From: a virus
DNA: 64,000 bases
IMG/VR virus record: IMGVR_UViG_3300036985_009306
Location: 32,001 to 96,000 of that record
Direction: 5' to 3' (one strand)
The notes below the pieces were generated by a model that did no database searches, was not told the origin of the DNA, and was given only the letters and a program-made list of their open reading frames with translations. Every line of letters begins with the position of its first letter. Position 1 is the stretch's first letter. This document shows positions 19,582-29,355 of this stretch, one piece after another. The position numbers and the translations under genes were made by a program.

Positions 19582-19613
19582 CTCTTTAATAAAATTTTTA
19601 TTAAAGAGTTTTT
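19582..19613 (+). terminator. Perfect 13-bp inverted repeat followed by a T-run (terminator or operator)
   Basis: CTCTTTAATAAAA-T-TTTTATTAAAGAG then TTTTT, intergenic. Confidence 0.45.
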
Positions 19614-19628
19614 AAAAAAGGAAATCCT

Positions 19629-22600
19629 ATGTCTGTACCATTTAAAGGAAGTTATTCTATTGATAGTTTTGATGCTTCAAAAAGATACAGAATGCAATTT
19701 CAAAAAGCAACACCTCTTTCAGACAATGAATTGCTAGATATAGGAGAAGTTTCTAATTCTTTTGTGCAAGAACTTGTTGCTGTTAACTTTTCTCGTGGTT
19801 CATCTCCTAATGATGGATTTAAAGTCATAGAGTCATCTTTTTCAAATGTTAATAATTTTACTATTAAGGGTGGAGATGCAACTGTTAATGGTGCAGGAAT
19901 TCTTTTTGTAGATGGTTATATATTATTTCTTAAAAGTGACATTGAATATACAGCACAACAGTTGACCAGTTCATCAACTTCTATGACAATAGGAGTTGGA
20001 ACTCAATCTCCAATTGTTGGACCCGGATTGCCTTTACTATCAGGTCAACAAATAGTTATTAGCACTTATGACAAAAATAATACAATGTCAGGTACTATTA
20101 CTTCTTATGATACAGGTACAGGAGAAATAGTAGCTAATATTACATCAATAACAGGTGCAGGAGCATATTCTGCTTGGACAATTTCTTCTCCTTCTCTTCT
20201 TGTTTTAGATTCATATACATCAACTTTGATTTCTGGTCTTACAACTCCTGGATCTAGTCGTACAGATTATGTTTATGTTGATTTTTATTTTGCGGAAGTT
20301 TCTGCTGATACTCAACATGTTTCTGAGTATGTTGATCCTTCTCTTATTGTTGCTGATGTAGGAAGAATTACTGCAAATAGAATTAGACAAGTACAAGATA
20401 TTAAAGTAGCAGAAGGTGTTGCAATGCCTACAGATGATTATGATAGTGCAGGAATTTTTCATAGATATGTCAAAATTGCTACAATAAGTCGTCTTGCAGG
20501 AAACAATCAAATTACAAGTGCAATGATTCAAGATGAGAGAACTTTTGTCAATTCTAATGCATGGTTTAGTGAATACATACAATTGATGCCAGATGGAACG
20601 GTAAATATAGGCGACAATACTCACAGAATTACTACAATTTATATGGCATCATCAATTGATTATGATACTGATTTAGCTTTTATTCATAGTAGTTCTGAAA
20701 AAATGAGATTGTCAATTGGAGGTAATCTTGGTATTGGGACAACAACTCCAGGAAGTCTTTTACAAATAAATGGTGGAGCTGCTATCGGATTTTCATCATC
20801 AACTTCTGCGCCATCAAATGGTCTTACTGTTAGAGGAAGAGTGGGAATAGGGACATTGGTCCCTGGTGCAAATTTAGAAATTGCAGCAACAACTTTACCT
20901 GAAGTTTTGTTTACTCCTACATCTGGTGATTCAGTTATAGATACAACAACAGGAAATCTTTTAATTAAAAGTGCAGGAACTACACAATTGAATGTTAGTT
21001 CTACAGGAGTTACAATTCCTGGTGATTTAACTGTTAATGGTATAACTGAAGTAATTAATACACATACAACAACTTCAGATAAGATGTTGATAAGTCAAAG
21101 CACAGATAATGTAGCATTGGGGGTAGAACAAACTGGTAGTGGTAATTCAGCAATAGTGATGACAATTAATAATGCTGGAAGTGGTCCAGCATTGACAATT
21201 ATAGGTACGGGTACCGGATCAAGTGGACGTGTAGGTATTGGAACAATAAGTCCACTAAGTAACTTGCATGTTGATGGCTTGAGTACTGTTGCATTAACTC
21301 TTGGTTGGGGTGATGGATTATCATCAAGTAGGAGTTTACATGGAGTTATAGAAACCAATACAGGCGACATCATAGGATCAATGCTGAAAGTGCAAGCTTG
21401 GGCAAGTAATTCTGGAAATACTGTTGGCACACTTGAATGTGCTAAAATAGATTTGTATAAAGACACTCAAGGAGGTAATGGGTACAATACAAGTATCAGA
21501 TTTCATACAAAAACTGGCACAGGGGATACTCTTGCAGAACAAATGAGAATTACTTGTGATGGTAATGTTGGTATAGGGACAATAAATCCTGGTGCTCGTC
21601 TAGAATTATCTACTCCATCGACATCAATTCCGACTTTAATAATTAGTCGTGCATCTGGACAGTCAAGTATAAAATCAGTTGCAAGTGAAGATTTGATTTT
21701 AGAATCAGGTGGAAGTTCACATTCAGTAAAGCTAAATTATTATAGTACTGATAATGTTTTGCTATGTGAAGGTGGTGGCAAAGTTGGTATTAATGCATCA
21801 AGTCCAGGAAGTTCTTTACAAGTTGGAAGTGGTGGGACAACAGAAAGGGTAATAATAAGCTCTCAACGTAGTACTCATAGTCAATTGCAGATAGGAAATC
21901 CAGCATCCAATGCTGAAGCAAGTATAAATTTTAATTCAGGAGTTACTGCATTTGGTGATTCTCCGACATCTGTAAATGGAACGACAAATATATGGGGGAT
22001 AGGAGCTGGTGCTTATGGAGTTGGAGGTAATAAATTTGGAATTGGAAATGAAGCATTTGGTGATTCAATTTTGACTATTCAATCTAATGGTTGTGTAGGT
22101 GTTGGAACTACAGGTCCACTTCAAAAATTGCATATTAGTGGTACATCATTATTTGAGGGCAATATACGCTCAGGTGCTAATTCTGCATTATCTTCAGGTA
22201 GTCCAACTGACCCGGCAATTACAGTGGGCGGTTATACGCATGCGGGAATATATTTTGAAAATTCAGGAGTGGGATTAGGTTCTGGAGCTGGAAATTATTT
22301 ATTTTTGAATTCATCTGGCGGCGTTGGCATCGGAATAGCACCAGCAGCAGATGTTAATTCATTATATATATGTAATAGATTATGTGTAGGAACATCTACA
22401 TCATCATCAATGGGACTTACTGTAAATACTTCAACAAGTGATCCTGCAGGAACCGCTGCAATTGCAAATTTTGCATCTACATTAGGAAATTTTTATATAT
22501 TTGTACAGTCAGGAAATGTCACACAGATGCAATCTTCTGGTGGTATGCAAGTAATAAGTCCAAGTATTAATTTGCCTGGTACATCTATTGGTTATTTTCC

Positions 22601-23531
22601 AAGTTATGTCACACCTCCTAATTATGGACTTGCTGTTAGTGGAAGAGTGGGAATTGGAACAAATATTCCAGATTCAGAATTAGAAGTTGTAGGTAATATA
22701 CATGCTACTGCGTCAGGTTACCTTCATACTGAAGGTGGAGTTAATTGTGACGGAAATCTAAATGTTTATTCAAGTGCAGGAATTTCTGGAAGTTTACATG
22801 TAGAAGATAATTCATCATTTGACGCTATTTTGGGTGCAGGTTCTTTGGTTGTTTGTGCTCCATCTCCATCACCACAACCTACGCCTACTCAGCTTCTCCA
22901 TGTTTATGGAGGATCTTCTCTAGGAATTGGACTGACATTAGAAAATACTTATGGGGGTAATCCTGGGAAAATTACTATTGAAGCTCTTGGTGGCTTGCAG
23001 ATAATTGATGATAATGCATCTACAACAAGATTGACAATAGATAATTCAGGAAATCTTGGTGTTGGTGCATTAAGTTATGCAGGACCCTTTTCAAATGTGG
23101 GTATAATAAAAGCTAATACTTTAGGTGCACTTTCAACGTCAGGTAGTCCAACGACAGATTTGACTGATTGGAGTGCAAGTTCAAGTCCAGTAGGATTTGA
23201 TTCAGTTAGTATAAAGTCTGTTTGGTATAAGATTGTTGATGGTATGTGTCATCTGTTTTACTATATTTATGGTCCAGGTGATGCTTCAGGACTTTTTAGT
23301 TTTACTTTACCAATCGAATTAAATTCATCAATTGCTGCTGCGATGGGGGGAAGCTATTATCAAACAATACCAGCTGTAGTTGATAATGCTCAACAGTCAA
23401 CACCTGGATTGATGAATGTGGGAACTGGGGTATCACATACTACAGCAAATTTGTATAAAAATTGTGCACTTGGTGGTTGGTCTAGTAATGTGGCAAAAGG
23501 TGCAAATGGATATATTTGTTATCCAGTCTAA
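19629..23531 (+). CDS. Long tail fibre/adhesin-like structural protein with GxVGIGT repeats
   Basis: N-terminal FQKATPLSDNEL...DGFKV...GILFVDG...RTDYVYVD baseplate-anchor-like region; about 9 G[NRKC][VL]G[IV]G[TI] repeats; S/T/G-rich; C-terminal beta domain WYKIVDG...FSFTLP. Confidence 0.7.
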   Translation: MSVPFKGSYSIDSFDASKRYRMQFQKATPLSDNELLDIGEVSNSFVQELVAVNFSRGSSPNDGFKVIESSFSNVNNFTIKGGDATVNGAGILFVDGYILFLKSDIEYTAQQLTSSSTSMTIGVGTQSPIVGPGLPLLSGQQIVISTYDKNNTMSGTITSYDTGTGEIVANITSITGAGAYSAWTISSPSLLVLDSYTSTLISGLTTPGSSRTDYVYVDFYFAEVSADTQHVSEYVDPSLIVADVGRITANRIRQVQDIKVAEGVAMPTDDYDSAGIFHRYVKIATISRLAGNNQITSAMIQDERTFVNSNAWFSEYIQLMPDGTVNIGDNTHRITTIYMASSIDYDTDLAFIHSSSEKMRLSIGGNLGIGTTTPGSLLQINGGAAIGFSSSTSAPSNGLTVRGRVGIGTLVPGANLEIAATTLPEVLFTPTSGDSVIDTTTGNLLIKSAGTTQLNVSSTGVTIPGDLTVNGITEVINTHTTTSDKMLISQSTDNVALGVEQTGSGNSAIVMTINNAGSGPALTIIGTGTGSSGRVGIGTISPLSNLHVDGLSTVALTLGWGDGLSSSRSLHGVIETNTGDIIGSMLKVQAWASNSGNTVGTLECAKIDLYKDTQGGNGYNTSIRFHTKTGTGDTLAEQMRITCDGNVGIGTINPGARLELSTPSTSIPTLIISRASGQSSIKSVASEDLILESGGSSHSVKLNYYSTDNVLLCEGGGKVGINASSPGSSLQVGSGGTTERVIISSQRSTHSQLQIGNPASNAEASINFNSGVTAFGDSPTSVNGTTNIWGIGAGAYGVGGNKFGIGNEAFGDSILTIQSNGCVGVGTTGPLQKLHISGTSLFEGNIRSGANSALSSGSPTDPAITVGGYTHAGIYFENSGVGLGSGAGNYLFLNSSGGVGIGIAPAADVNSLYICNRLCVGTSTSSSMGLTVNTSTSDPAGTAAIANFASTLGNFYIFVQSGNVTQMQSSGGMQVISPSINLPGTSIGYFPSYVTPPNYGLAVSGRVGIGTNIPDSELEVVGNIHATASGYLHTEGGVNCDGNLNVYSSAGISGSLHVEDNSSFDAILGAGSLVVCAPSPSPQPTPTQLLHVYGGSSLGIGLTLENTYGGNPGKITIEALGGLQIIDDNASTTRLTIDNSGNLGVGALSYAGPFSNVGIIKANTLGALSTSGSPTTDLTDWSASSSPVGFDSVSIKSVWYKIVDGMCHLFYYIYGPGDASGLFSFTLPIELNSSIAAAMGGSYYQTIPAVVDNAQQSTPGLMNVGTGVSHTTANLYKNCALGGWSSNVAKGANGYICYPV

Positions 23532-23562
23532 CATATTAATTAATAATTAATTAGGAGGTTTT

Positions 23563-23844
23563 ATGTCTGATGAAAAAGAAGTACAAGTAACAGATCAAAA
23601 AGAACAACCAAAAGCTGAACAGATTAATATAGATGTTGGAACAGCTTTTAATCTCAAACTTCAAGAGTTTGACAAGAAAATTGCTGAAGCAGAACATGCT
23701 GTTGCAACTTTGAAAAAAGATAAAGCAGCTTATATTTATGATCAGAATGTACAACAGATAGTTTTTAATCATAAAGAACAGATGCTAAAAAACCAGATAG
23801 AACAAGAAACAAAGAAAAAACTTGCTGAACAACAAGCAAGGTGA
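23563..23844 (+). CDS. Small coiled-coil protein (possible fibre chaperone)
   Basis: AGGAGG SD; heptad-rich sequence directly after the fibre gene. Confidence 0.55.
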   Translation: MSDEKEVQVTDQKEQPKAEQINIDVGTAFNLKLQEFDKKIAEAEHAVATLKKDKAAYIYDQNVQQIVFNHKEQMLKNQIEQETKKKLAEQQAR

Positions 23845-24188
23845 ATATGCATATAAAACCCATAGTTAGTTATGTTGCACATAATCTAATTTCATTGATT
23901 CCTCAACTAAATGTTCCAATTGTAAGGAAAAAAGAATCAAAAGATAATTATAGGAATTGGATCAATAAAGTTGAATTGACGGATTATGTTGATGCTCTTT
24001 ATAAACCTCCGGCATCGGATTGCTACATTTATATAAAATGCAAATGTGGTGTTGAGTATGAATATACAAATAAACAAACTGTTCCAGACAAGAATGTTAT
24101 TTGCAAGTGCGGCAGAAAAGTTGTTGAGTATGGAATCTTTGATAATAATGAAAAAATTGATAAGAATAATTTAGCAATGATTTTATAA
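23841..24188 (+). CDS. Hypothetical protein with paired CxC motifs (Zn-ribbon-like)
   Basis: IKCKCG...VICKCG. Confidence 0.5.
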   Translation: MNMHIKPIVSYVAHNLISLIPQLNVPIVRKKESKDNYRNWINKVELTDYVDALYKPPASDCYIYIKCKCGVEYEYTNKQTVPDKNVICKCGRKVVEYGIFDNNEKIDKNNLAMIL

Positions 24189-24357
24189 ATAATAGCAACA
24201 GATGATTCTCTGTAATGTTTTCTCTAGATAAAAACAAAAATGACAAAAATAGAAAAGATTAGAAATCAAAAAAGACTATTTTAGACTAAATGAAATCTAG
24301 AATTAATTTATTTGCTAGTTAAAAGAAATTTATTAACATTTTTCATAGGAGTAAAAA

Positions 24358-27087
24358 ATGGGACCCTTCGTTGGATATAGCCCTCCTGCAACATACACGC
24401 AATCATCGTTACAGTCGGGTATAGCAGGAATTCTAGCAAATTTGCGTATTCCTGCACTTATAGGAACTGCTGATGAAATACAGCAAGTCAATGGTTATGA
24501 ACTTTTTAGAGGTTCAAGTGCCACACAAGACAACAAAAAAGTAGGGGAAGATTTATCTGCTCAGGCTGATGGTACGAATAGAATGTTTCAAGTTATAAAT
24601 TACCCTATTGTTGTAGGTGATGGTCTTGGAAGAGTTACAACTAATACTAATGATGTGGAAGTCATTGTCAACAGTGTAAAAGTAATTGTTGCAAAAGTTG
24701 ACGGATTAAATGGAAAAATATATCTTGCATTAGCTCCTCATCTTCATGATGTTGTAACTGTAACTTATTTTTATAAGAAAACAGACACAAGAATTGTTGA
24801 TGAAGATCTCAGTGATCAGATTGATGGAACAACTACAACATTTTTCACTCATCACTTGCCCATTGTTGATGGTACAAATGCAGGAAGACCTACAACAACA
24901 ATTGAAAATATTGTTGTTAAGATAAATGGAGCAATAGTAACTAATGATGTTTCCCATCTTGATGGTCTGAATGGAAACTTCACAATGTCTTCTCCTCCTA
25001 CTATAGGTCAAATTATCAAAGTCACATATTATTTCAATATGTGGGCTAATACTTATGATGATCTTCCTTATCCAGGTGAAACTCAGATGATTAGAGTTGG
25101 TGTTTCTCCTGAGACATCCAATTTCATTGAGAATATTGACTATATAATTATAGGTGATCAAATTAACTGGGGAACTGGTTACAAATTGGTCCCTGTAGTT
25201 CATACTACTGGTAGTGAATTTTTTGAAGACCAGATTGTTGGAACTTTGATTGATGATAGAATCTATAATGAAGATGTTTCAAGTCAATTTGTGACATCCG
25301 GTGTGACTTCATTGTCTGTTTTGCATCTACCTATTGTAGATGGTACTGGAAATGATATTATCACATATGATCCATCACACGTTATAGTAACAATTGGTGG
25401 TCCGTATGTACCGTCAGGAACATATACAGAACTTGATGTAAATAGAGTTGATGGAGAGACAGGAATAGTTTATTTGCAAACTGCTCCTGCAGCTCACAGC
25501 CAGATATTTGTTACATACTGGTATTCAAGAGTTACTGATGACACATATGCATTAGAAGTAGTGGTACCAGGTGTGACAGGAGTTGGAACATATACAATAA
25601 CATCAACTTATACAGGAGCTGAGATAGGAAATGCAACTCCTGATACAGTTTGGAATAGTTCACATTCAGCAGTGACTCCTACTTGGTTGTCGGGCCCTAT
25701 GGTTTCTAGAGGTCATACTATTGATGAAACAGTAACTTTGACTTTTACATCAAGTACTCAGTTTACTGTGACATCAACTGTAGTAGGAGGTTCAAGTGGA
25801 GTAGGTGTTACAGGAACAACCTATATTGATTCAACAACACAACTCATTTTTACTTTAAAACCGGATAGTTATGTTATTGCTAATTCACTTAAGATAGATA
25901 TAGTAGAAAATGCTACATTTTTGACAAGTGTTATACCTATATTAAGTGTAGGAGGAATGCAGTTAACTGTTAATAACACAACAGATATTACTACAGGTGA
26001 CATAACTGATATGATTGTGTTTGATAAGTCGGGTGAACAACCTAATGTTGGTGATAACTATTATGTGTCTTATTTTTATGAAAAGACAGATTATGAATGT
26101 GCTTTTTATAGCAAGTTTACTGACATTACAAACAATTTTGGTAATCTTGGTGCTTCGAATAATCTAGTTTTGGCTTCTTATCTGATGTTCTTGAATGGGG
26201 CACCTGCTCTTATTCTTTGTCAGGCTAAGAAAGCTTCAGGAAGTGAACTTGCACCTGATCAGACATATTTTGATATTTTGACAAGGCTTCAAAATGATGT
26301 TAATGGCATTAATCCTGATGTGATTGTACCTCTTACAACATCACAGGCGGTTATTAATGCAGTTTCAATTCATTGTTCAACCATGTCTTCAAAGAGAAAT
26401 AGAAGAGAGAGAATTGGTTTCTTTGGATATGCAGTTGGAACTGAACCAATGGATGCTGCAAGTTATGCTCAGACTCTTTATAATCAGAGAATGATTGGTC
26501 TTTATCCTGATGGTGCTGTCGTAGAATTAGTAGCATCGGATGGCACGGTGAATGACAATGTGATTGATGGTTCTTTCTTAGCTGCAGCTCTTGCTGGTTT
26601 GAATGTTAATCCAGTATATGATGTGGCTACTCCGATGACTAAAAAGACGCTTATTGGGTTTACTCAACTTGTACGCTCTCTGGATGAATCAACTATGGAC
26701 ATGGTTGCTACAAGAGGTCTGACTCTTATCCAGAATATTCGGTCCTCATTTGTAGTTAGACATGCTTTGACAACAAACATGGATTCTACTCTTACAAGAG
26801 AAGTGATGGTGATTACAATTATAGATTTCATTCAAGAGCAAAGTCGCATCGTCATTGATCCTTTTATTGGTCGTAAGATGACACCTAATATGCCAGGTCA
26901 GATTTCTGCTACTCTTGGCTCAATGTTGGCTTCAGCAAAAGATTCTCAGATTATTACAGATTATAAAGGGATAGCATCTGTAAGAGATCCAAGACAGCCT
27001 GATCTGATTAATGTGACAGCATTCTTTATTCCTATGTTTGGTTTAAATTGGGTTTCAGTTTCATACCAAGTACAAGTAAGTTTTTAA
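24358..27087 (+). CDS. Contractile tail sheath protein with inserted surface domains
   Basis: N-terminal Y.PP..YT, C-terminal ERIGFFG...AAALAG...RHALTT...I.DFIQE...FIGRK...DLINVTAFFIP sheath signature; precedes the tube gene. Confidence 0.9.
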   Translation: MGPFVGYSPPATYTQSSLQSGIAGILANLRIPALIGTADEIQQVNGYELFRGSSATQDNKKVGEDLSAQADGTNRMFQVINYPIVVGDGLGRVTTNTNDVEVIVNSVKVIVAKVDGLNGKIYLALAPHLHDVVTVTYFYKKTDTRIVDEDLSDQIDGTTTTFFTHHLPIVDGTNAGRPTTTIENIVVKINGAIVTNDVSHLDGLNGNFTMSSPPTIGQIIKVTYYFNMWANTYDDLPYPGETQMIRVGVSPETSNFIENIDYIIIGDQINWGTGYKLVPVVHTTGSEFFEDQIVGTLIDDRIYNEDVSSQFVTSGVTSLSVLHLPIVDGTGNDIITYDPSHVIVTIGGPYVPSGTYTELDVNRVDGETGIVYLQTAPAAHSQIFVTYWYSRVTDDTYALEVVVPGVTGVGTYTITSTYTGAEIGNATPDTVWNSSHSAVTPTWLSGPMVSRGHTIDETVTLTFTSSTQFTVTSTVVGGSSGVGVTGTTYIDSTTQLIFTLKPDSYVIANSLKIDIVENATFLTSVIPILSVGGMQLTVNNTTDITTGDITDMIVFDKSGEQPNVGDNYYVSYFYEKTDYECAFYSKFTDITNNFGNLGASNNLVLASYLMFLNGAPALILCQAKKASGSELAPDQTYFDILTRLQNDVNGINPDVIVPLTTSQAVINAVSIHCSTMSSKRNRRERIGFFGYAVGTEPMDAASYAQTLYNQRMIGLYPDGAVVELVASDGTVNDNVIDGSFLAAALAGLNVNPVYDVATPMTKKTLIGFTQLVRSLDESTMDMVATRGLTLIQNIRSSFVVRHALTTNMDSTLTREVMVITIIDFIQEQSRIVIDPFIGRKMTPNMPGQISATLGSMLASAKDSQIITDYKGIASVRDPRQPDLINVTAFFIPMFGLNWVSVSYQVQVSF

Positions 27088-27100
27088 TTTTTAACAACTT

Positions 27101-27135
27101 AGAGCAAGTGCTCTTATAAAGCACTTGCTCTTTTG
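27101..27135 (+). terminator. Hairpin between sheath and tube genes
   Basis: AGAGCAAGTGCT-CTTATAA-AGCACTTGCTCT followed by TTT. Confidence 0.65.
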
Positions 27136-27179
27136 TAAACAAAAAAATATGAAGCAACATTTACAAAGGAGAAAAATCC

Positions 27180-27788
27180 ATGGCTCAGGCATATGTCTAT
27201 CGTGAGGGCGTATCCCCAAATACTCGTCTTCTTAATCCTCAAAGAGTGCGAGTGTTTAGCACTGATGCAGAGGATGGTTATCAGCAAATAGGTCTTATTC
27301 AGACTTGGAATCCGTCTGATACAAGAGCTGTTGAAGCAGTACGTGGAATTGGTTTTGGTGACCAGATTGCAGAACTTGCTGTTGGTGTCACAGATCTTAC
27401 TGCTACAGCAACAGTTATGATGATGTACTTGAGAGATATTCAACAGTTGTTCGGTTACAAAGCAGGTAGTTCAGGATTTGTTCGTTCATTAAAACACCAT
27501 CAGTGGCCGTTTGATGTTTATGAGACAATTCTGATCCCTGATTATATTTCAGGTCAAGCAAAGGGTGGTGCAACTGTTGATAGTGGCAGTATTGTTGTAA
27601 AAACTTGGTACGAAGGTTGCTGGATGTCAGATTTTGCAAAAACATTTGACATTGGTGCTACTTCGGTTACTCAAGATATGACATGTCAGATATCTGATGT
27701 TTATGGTGGAGATAGTAGAACAACAGATACATCAGATTTCTATGCAAGCAATCAGAATTCTATGAGAGGTGCTGGTACTGCTGTATAA
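27180..27788 (+). CDS. Tail tube protein
   Basis: Follows the sheath; IGLIQTWNPSDTR...RGIG.GD...E..G, WPFDV, YEGCWMSD pattern; AAAGGAG SD. Confidence 0.8.
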   Translation: MAQAYVYREGVSPNTRLLNPQRVRVFSTDAEDGYQQIGLIQTWNPSDTRAVEAVRGIGFGDQIAELAVGVTDLTATATVMMMYLRDIQQLFGYKAGSSGFVRSLKHHQWPFDVYETILIPDYISGQAKGGATVDSGSIVVKTWYEGCWMSDFAKTFDIGATSVTQDMTCQISDVYGGDSRTTDTSDFYASNQNSMRGAGTAV

Positions 27789-27794
27789 TTTGTG

Positions 27795-27832
27795 AAGGGA
27801 GTAATTAAACTAAGGTTTTACTCCCTTTTTCT
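27795..27832 (+). terminator. Rho-independent terminator after the tube gene
   Basis: AAGGGAGTAA-N13-TTACTCCCTT followed by TTTCT. Confidence 0.75.
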
Positions 27833-27834
27833 TC

Positions 27835-27890
27835 AACTGCATTCTACGCAATACTCATTGACTATGCTTGCAGTCATAGGAGAGCGTTGT
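27835..27890. ncRNA. Candidate pseudoknot RNA motif, copy C (divergent)
   Basis: ACTGCA(27836-41)/TGCAGT(27869-74) crossed by GCAATACTC(27848-56)/GAGCGTTGT(27882-90); shares TCATTGAC, GYAGTC and GGAGAG with copies A and B. Confidence 0.45.
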
Positions 27891-27932
27891 TAAATCTTAT
27901 TTTCTCATTTTAATTTTTGGAGTTAATGCTAA

Positions 27933-29336
27933 ATGTCTTCTACTAGAGTTGTCAACAAAAATGATTTAGAGATTCTTTCAAGTTTAGTTTTTGACTCATA
28001 TATCTCTAAAGAATTAGAATTTCAGGGATATTATTTTGTGATTAGAACTTTGACTCCAGAAGAAAGAGAAGACATTTCTAGAAAACACAAACATCTCTCA
28101 GAAAAACATAACATTTATTTGGTTTTAGAGATTCTTTCTAACTCAATCATGTTCATAAATGGGTATGAATTCAAAAAAGATCAACATGCATTTTTATTGA
28201 ACAGATTGAATTCAAGATTGATTTTACTTCTTTATAAGTTTTATCAAAAATTAGATGAAGAAACAATAGAATCTTCAAAATTTATTGATTATTATATTGA
28301 AACTAGAGAATCAAGAAATCTATGGACTATTTTTAAGAGATGTAGTAGAATAACAGAGCCTTTTTCTATTAGAAAAATTAATCAATATAGATATTATTGG
28401 ATAGTGATGAATAGTTTTAAAGATTCATTTGAAGAAGAGAAGAAGGCATGGTCTAAAGTAGAGTATATGACTAATTCTATTTGCGCATTTACTAATCCAA
28501 AAGCATTTAGAAAGTCAAGAGGACAAATGGGAATTGTAGATCAATTAGAGAGAAATGAAGATAAATCAAAACAACTTATTGTAGAACAATTAGAAGGTGG
28601 TACAAGTGAAGTTAGAGATAATGACATTTTTTCGACATTAGAAAGATTACCAGGTGAAGAGAGAGATGAACATGAAGCACGTTTGAATATAATGATGGAG
28701 AAAACTTTAAAAGGTGAGTTAGTTGATGATTATGACAGAATAGTTAGACAGGATGAGATTAAGTTGTTTAAGAAGTATTTAAGAGATGAAAGAAAGAAAA
28801 TTTTAGTAAACAGAGAAATATTAAAGCAAAAAGGTGAAGAATTTGATAATTCTGAAGTTTTAACTAACTCAACAAGTAGAAGTAAAAAAATTGAAGAAGA
28901 TAAAAAGAAGGGTTTCTTTTATGAGGATTATAGTTATTTAGAGATTGTAAACATGAAGGATTTTAAAGCAATACCTAAGAAAGAGAAAGAAGTTGCTTTT
29001 GATGAAGTTATGCTTGAGCCAATAGACATTAAGAAAGAGGTAGAGAATTTTTTAAAATGTTTATCGAAACCATCTAGTGTTAATGAGAATGTTCAGGAAC
29101 CTGTTACTATGGTTGATAAAAAAGATGAAACTACGCAATTAGAGTCTGACTCGAGTGGAATTTTGAGGACACCAGCAGAGAGAGCATCTAAAATGAATGT
29201 TGATGTAAAAGGTGTGGATTTGATGAAACAGAGACAGAATAAAGTTGATAGAATTAATAGTACAATGAACCAAAGACGACAAACAATAGAACCTGAAGAG
29301 GGACTTGATGTTATAAAGTTTGGAGATATTAAATAA
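27933..29336 (+). CDS. Tail assembly chaperone-like protein with long charged C-terminal extension
   Basis: Between tube and tape measure; N-terminal IRTLTPEE...SIMFING...LLYKFY is similar to ORF 29592. Confidence 0.55.
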   Translation: MSSTRVVNKNDLEILSSLVFDSYISKELEFQGYYFVIRTLTPEEREDISRKHKHLSEKHNIYLVLEILSNSIMFINGYEFKKDQHAFLLNRLNSRLILLLYKFYQKLDEETIESSKFIDYYIETRESRNLWTIFKRCSRITEPFSIRKINQYRYYWIVMNSFKDSFEEEKKAWSKVEYMTNSICAFTNPKAFRKSRGQMGIVDQLERNEDKSKQLIVEQLEGGTSEVRDNDIFSTLERLPGEERDEHEARLNIMMEKTLKGELVDDYDRIVRQDEIKLFKKYLRDERKKILVNREILKQKGEEFDNSEVLTNSTSRSKKIEEDKKKGFFYEDYSYLEIVNMKDFKAIPKKEKEVAFDEVMLEPIDIKKEVENFLKCLSKPSSVNENVQEPVTMVDKKDETTQLESDSSGILRTPAERASKMNVDVKGVDLMKQRQNKVDRINSTMNQRRQTIEPEEGLDVIKFGDIK

Positions 29337-29355
29337 ATATTAAAAAGGAGAGGAT

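Noticed and set aside
22900-23531. Diversity-generating retroelement target at the fibre C-terminus
   Set aside because: No second near-identical template repeat with adenine-specific mismatches and no reverse transcriptase in the window.
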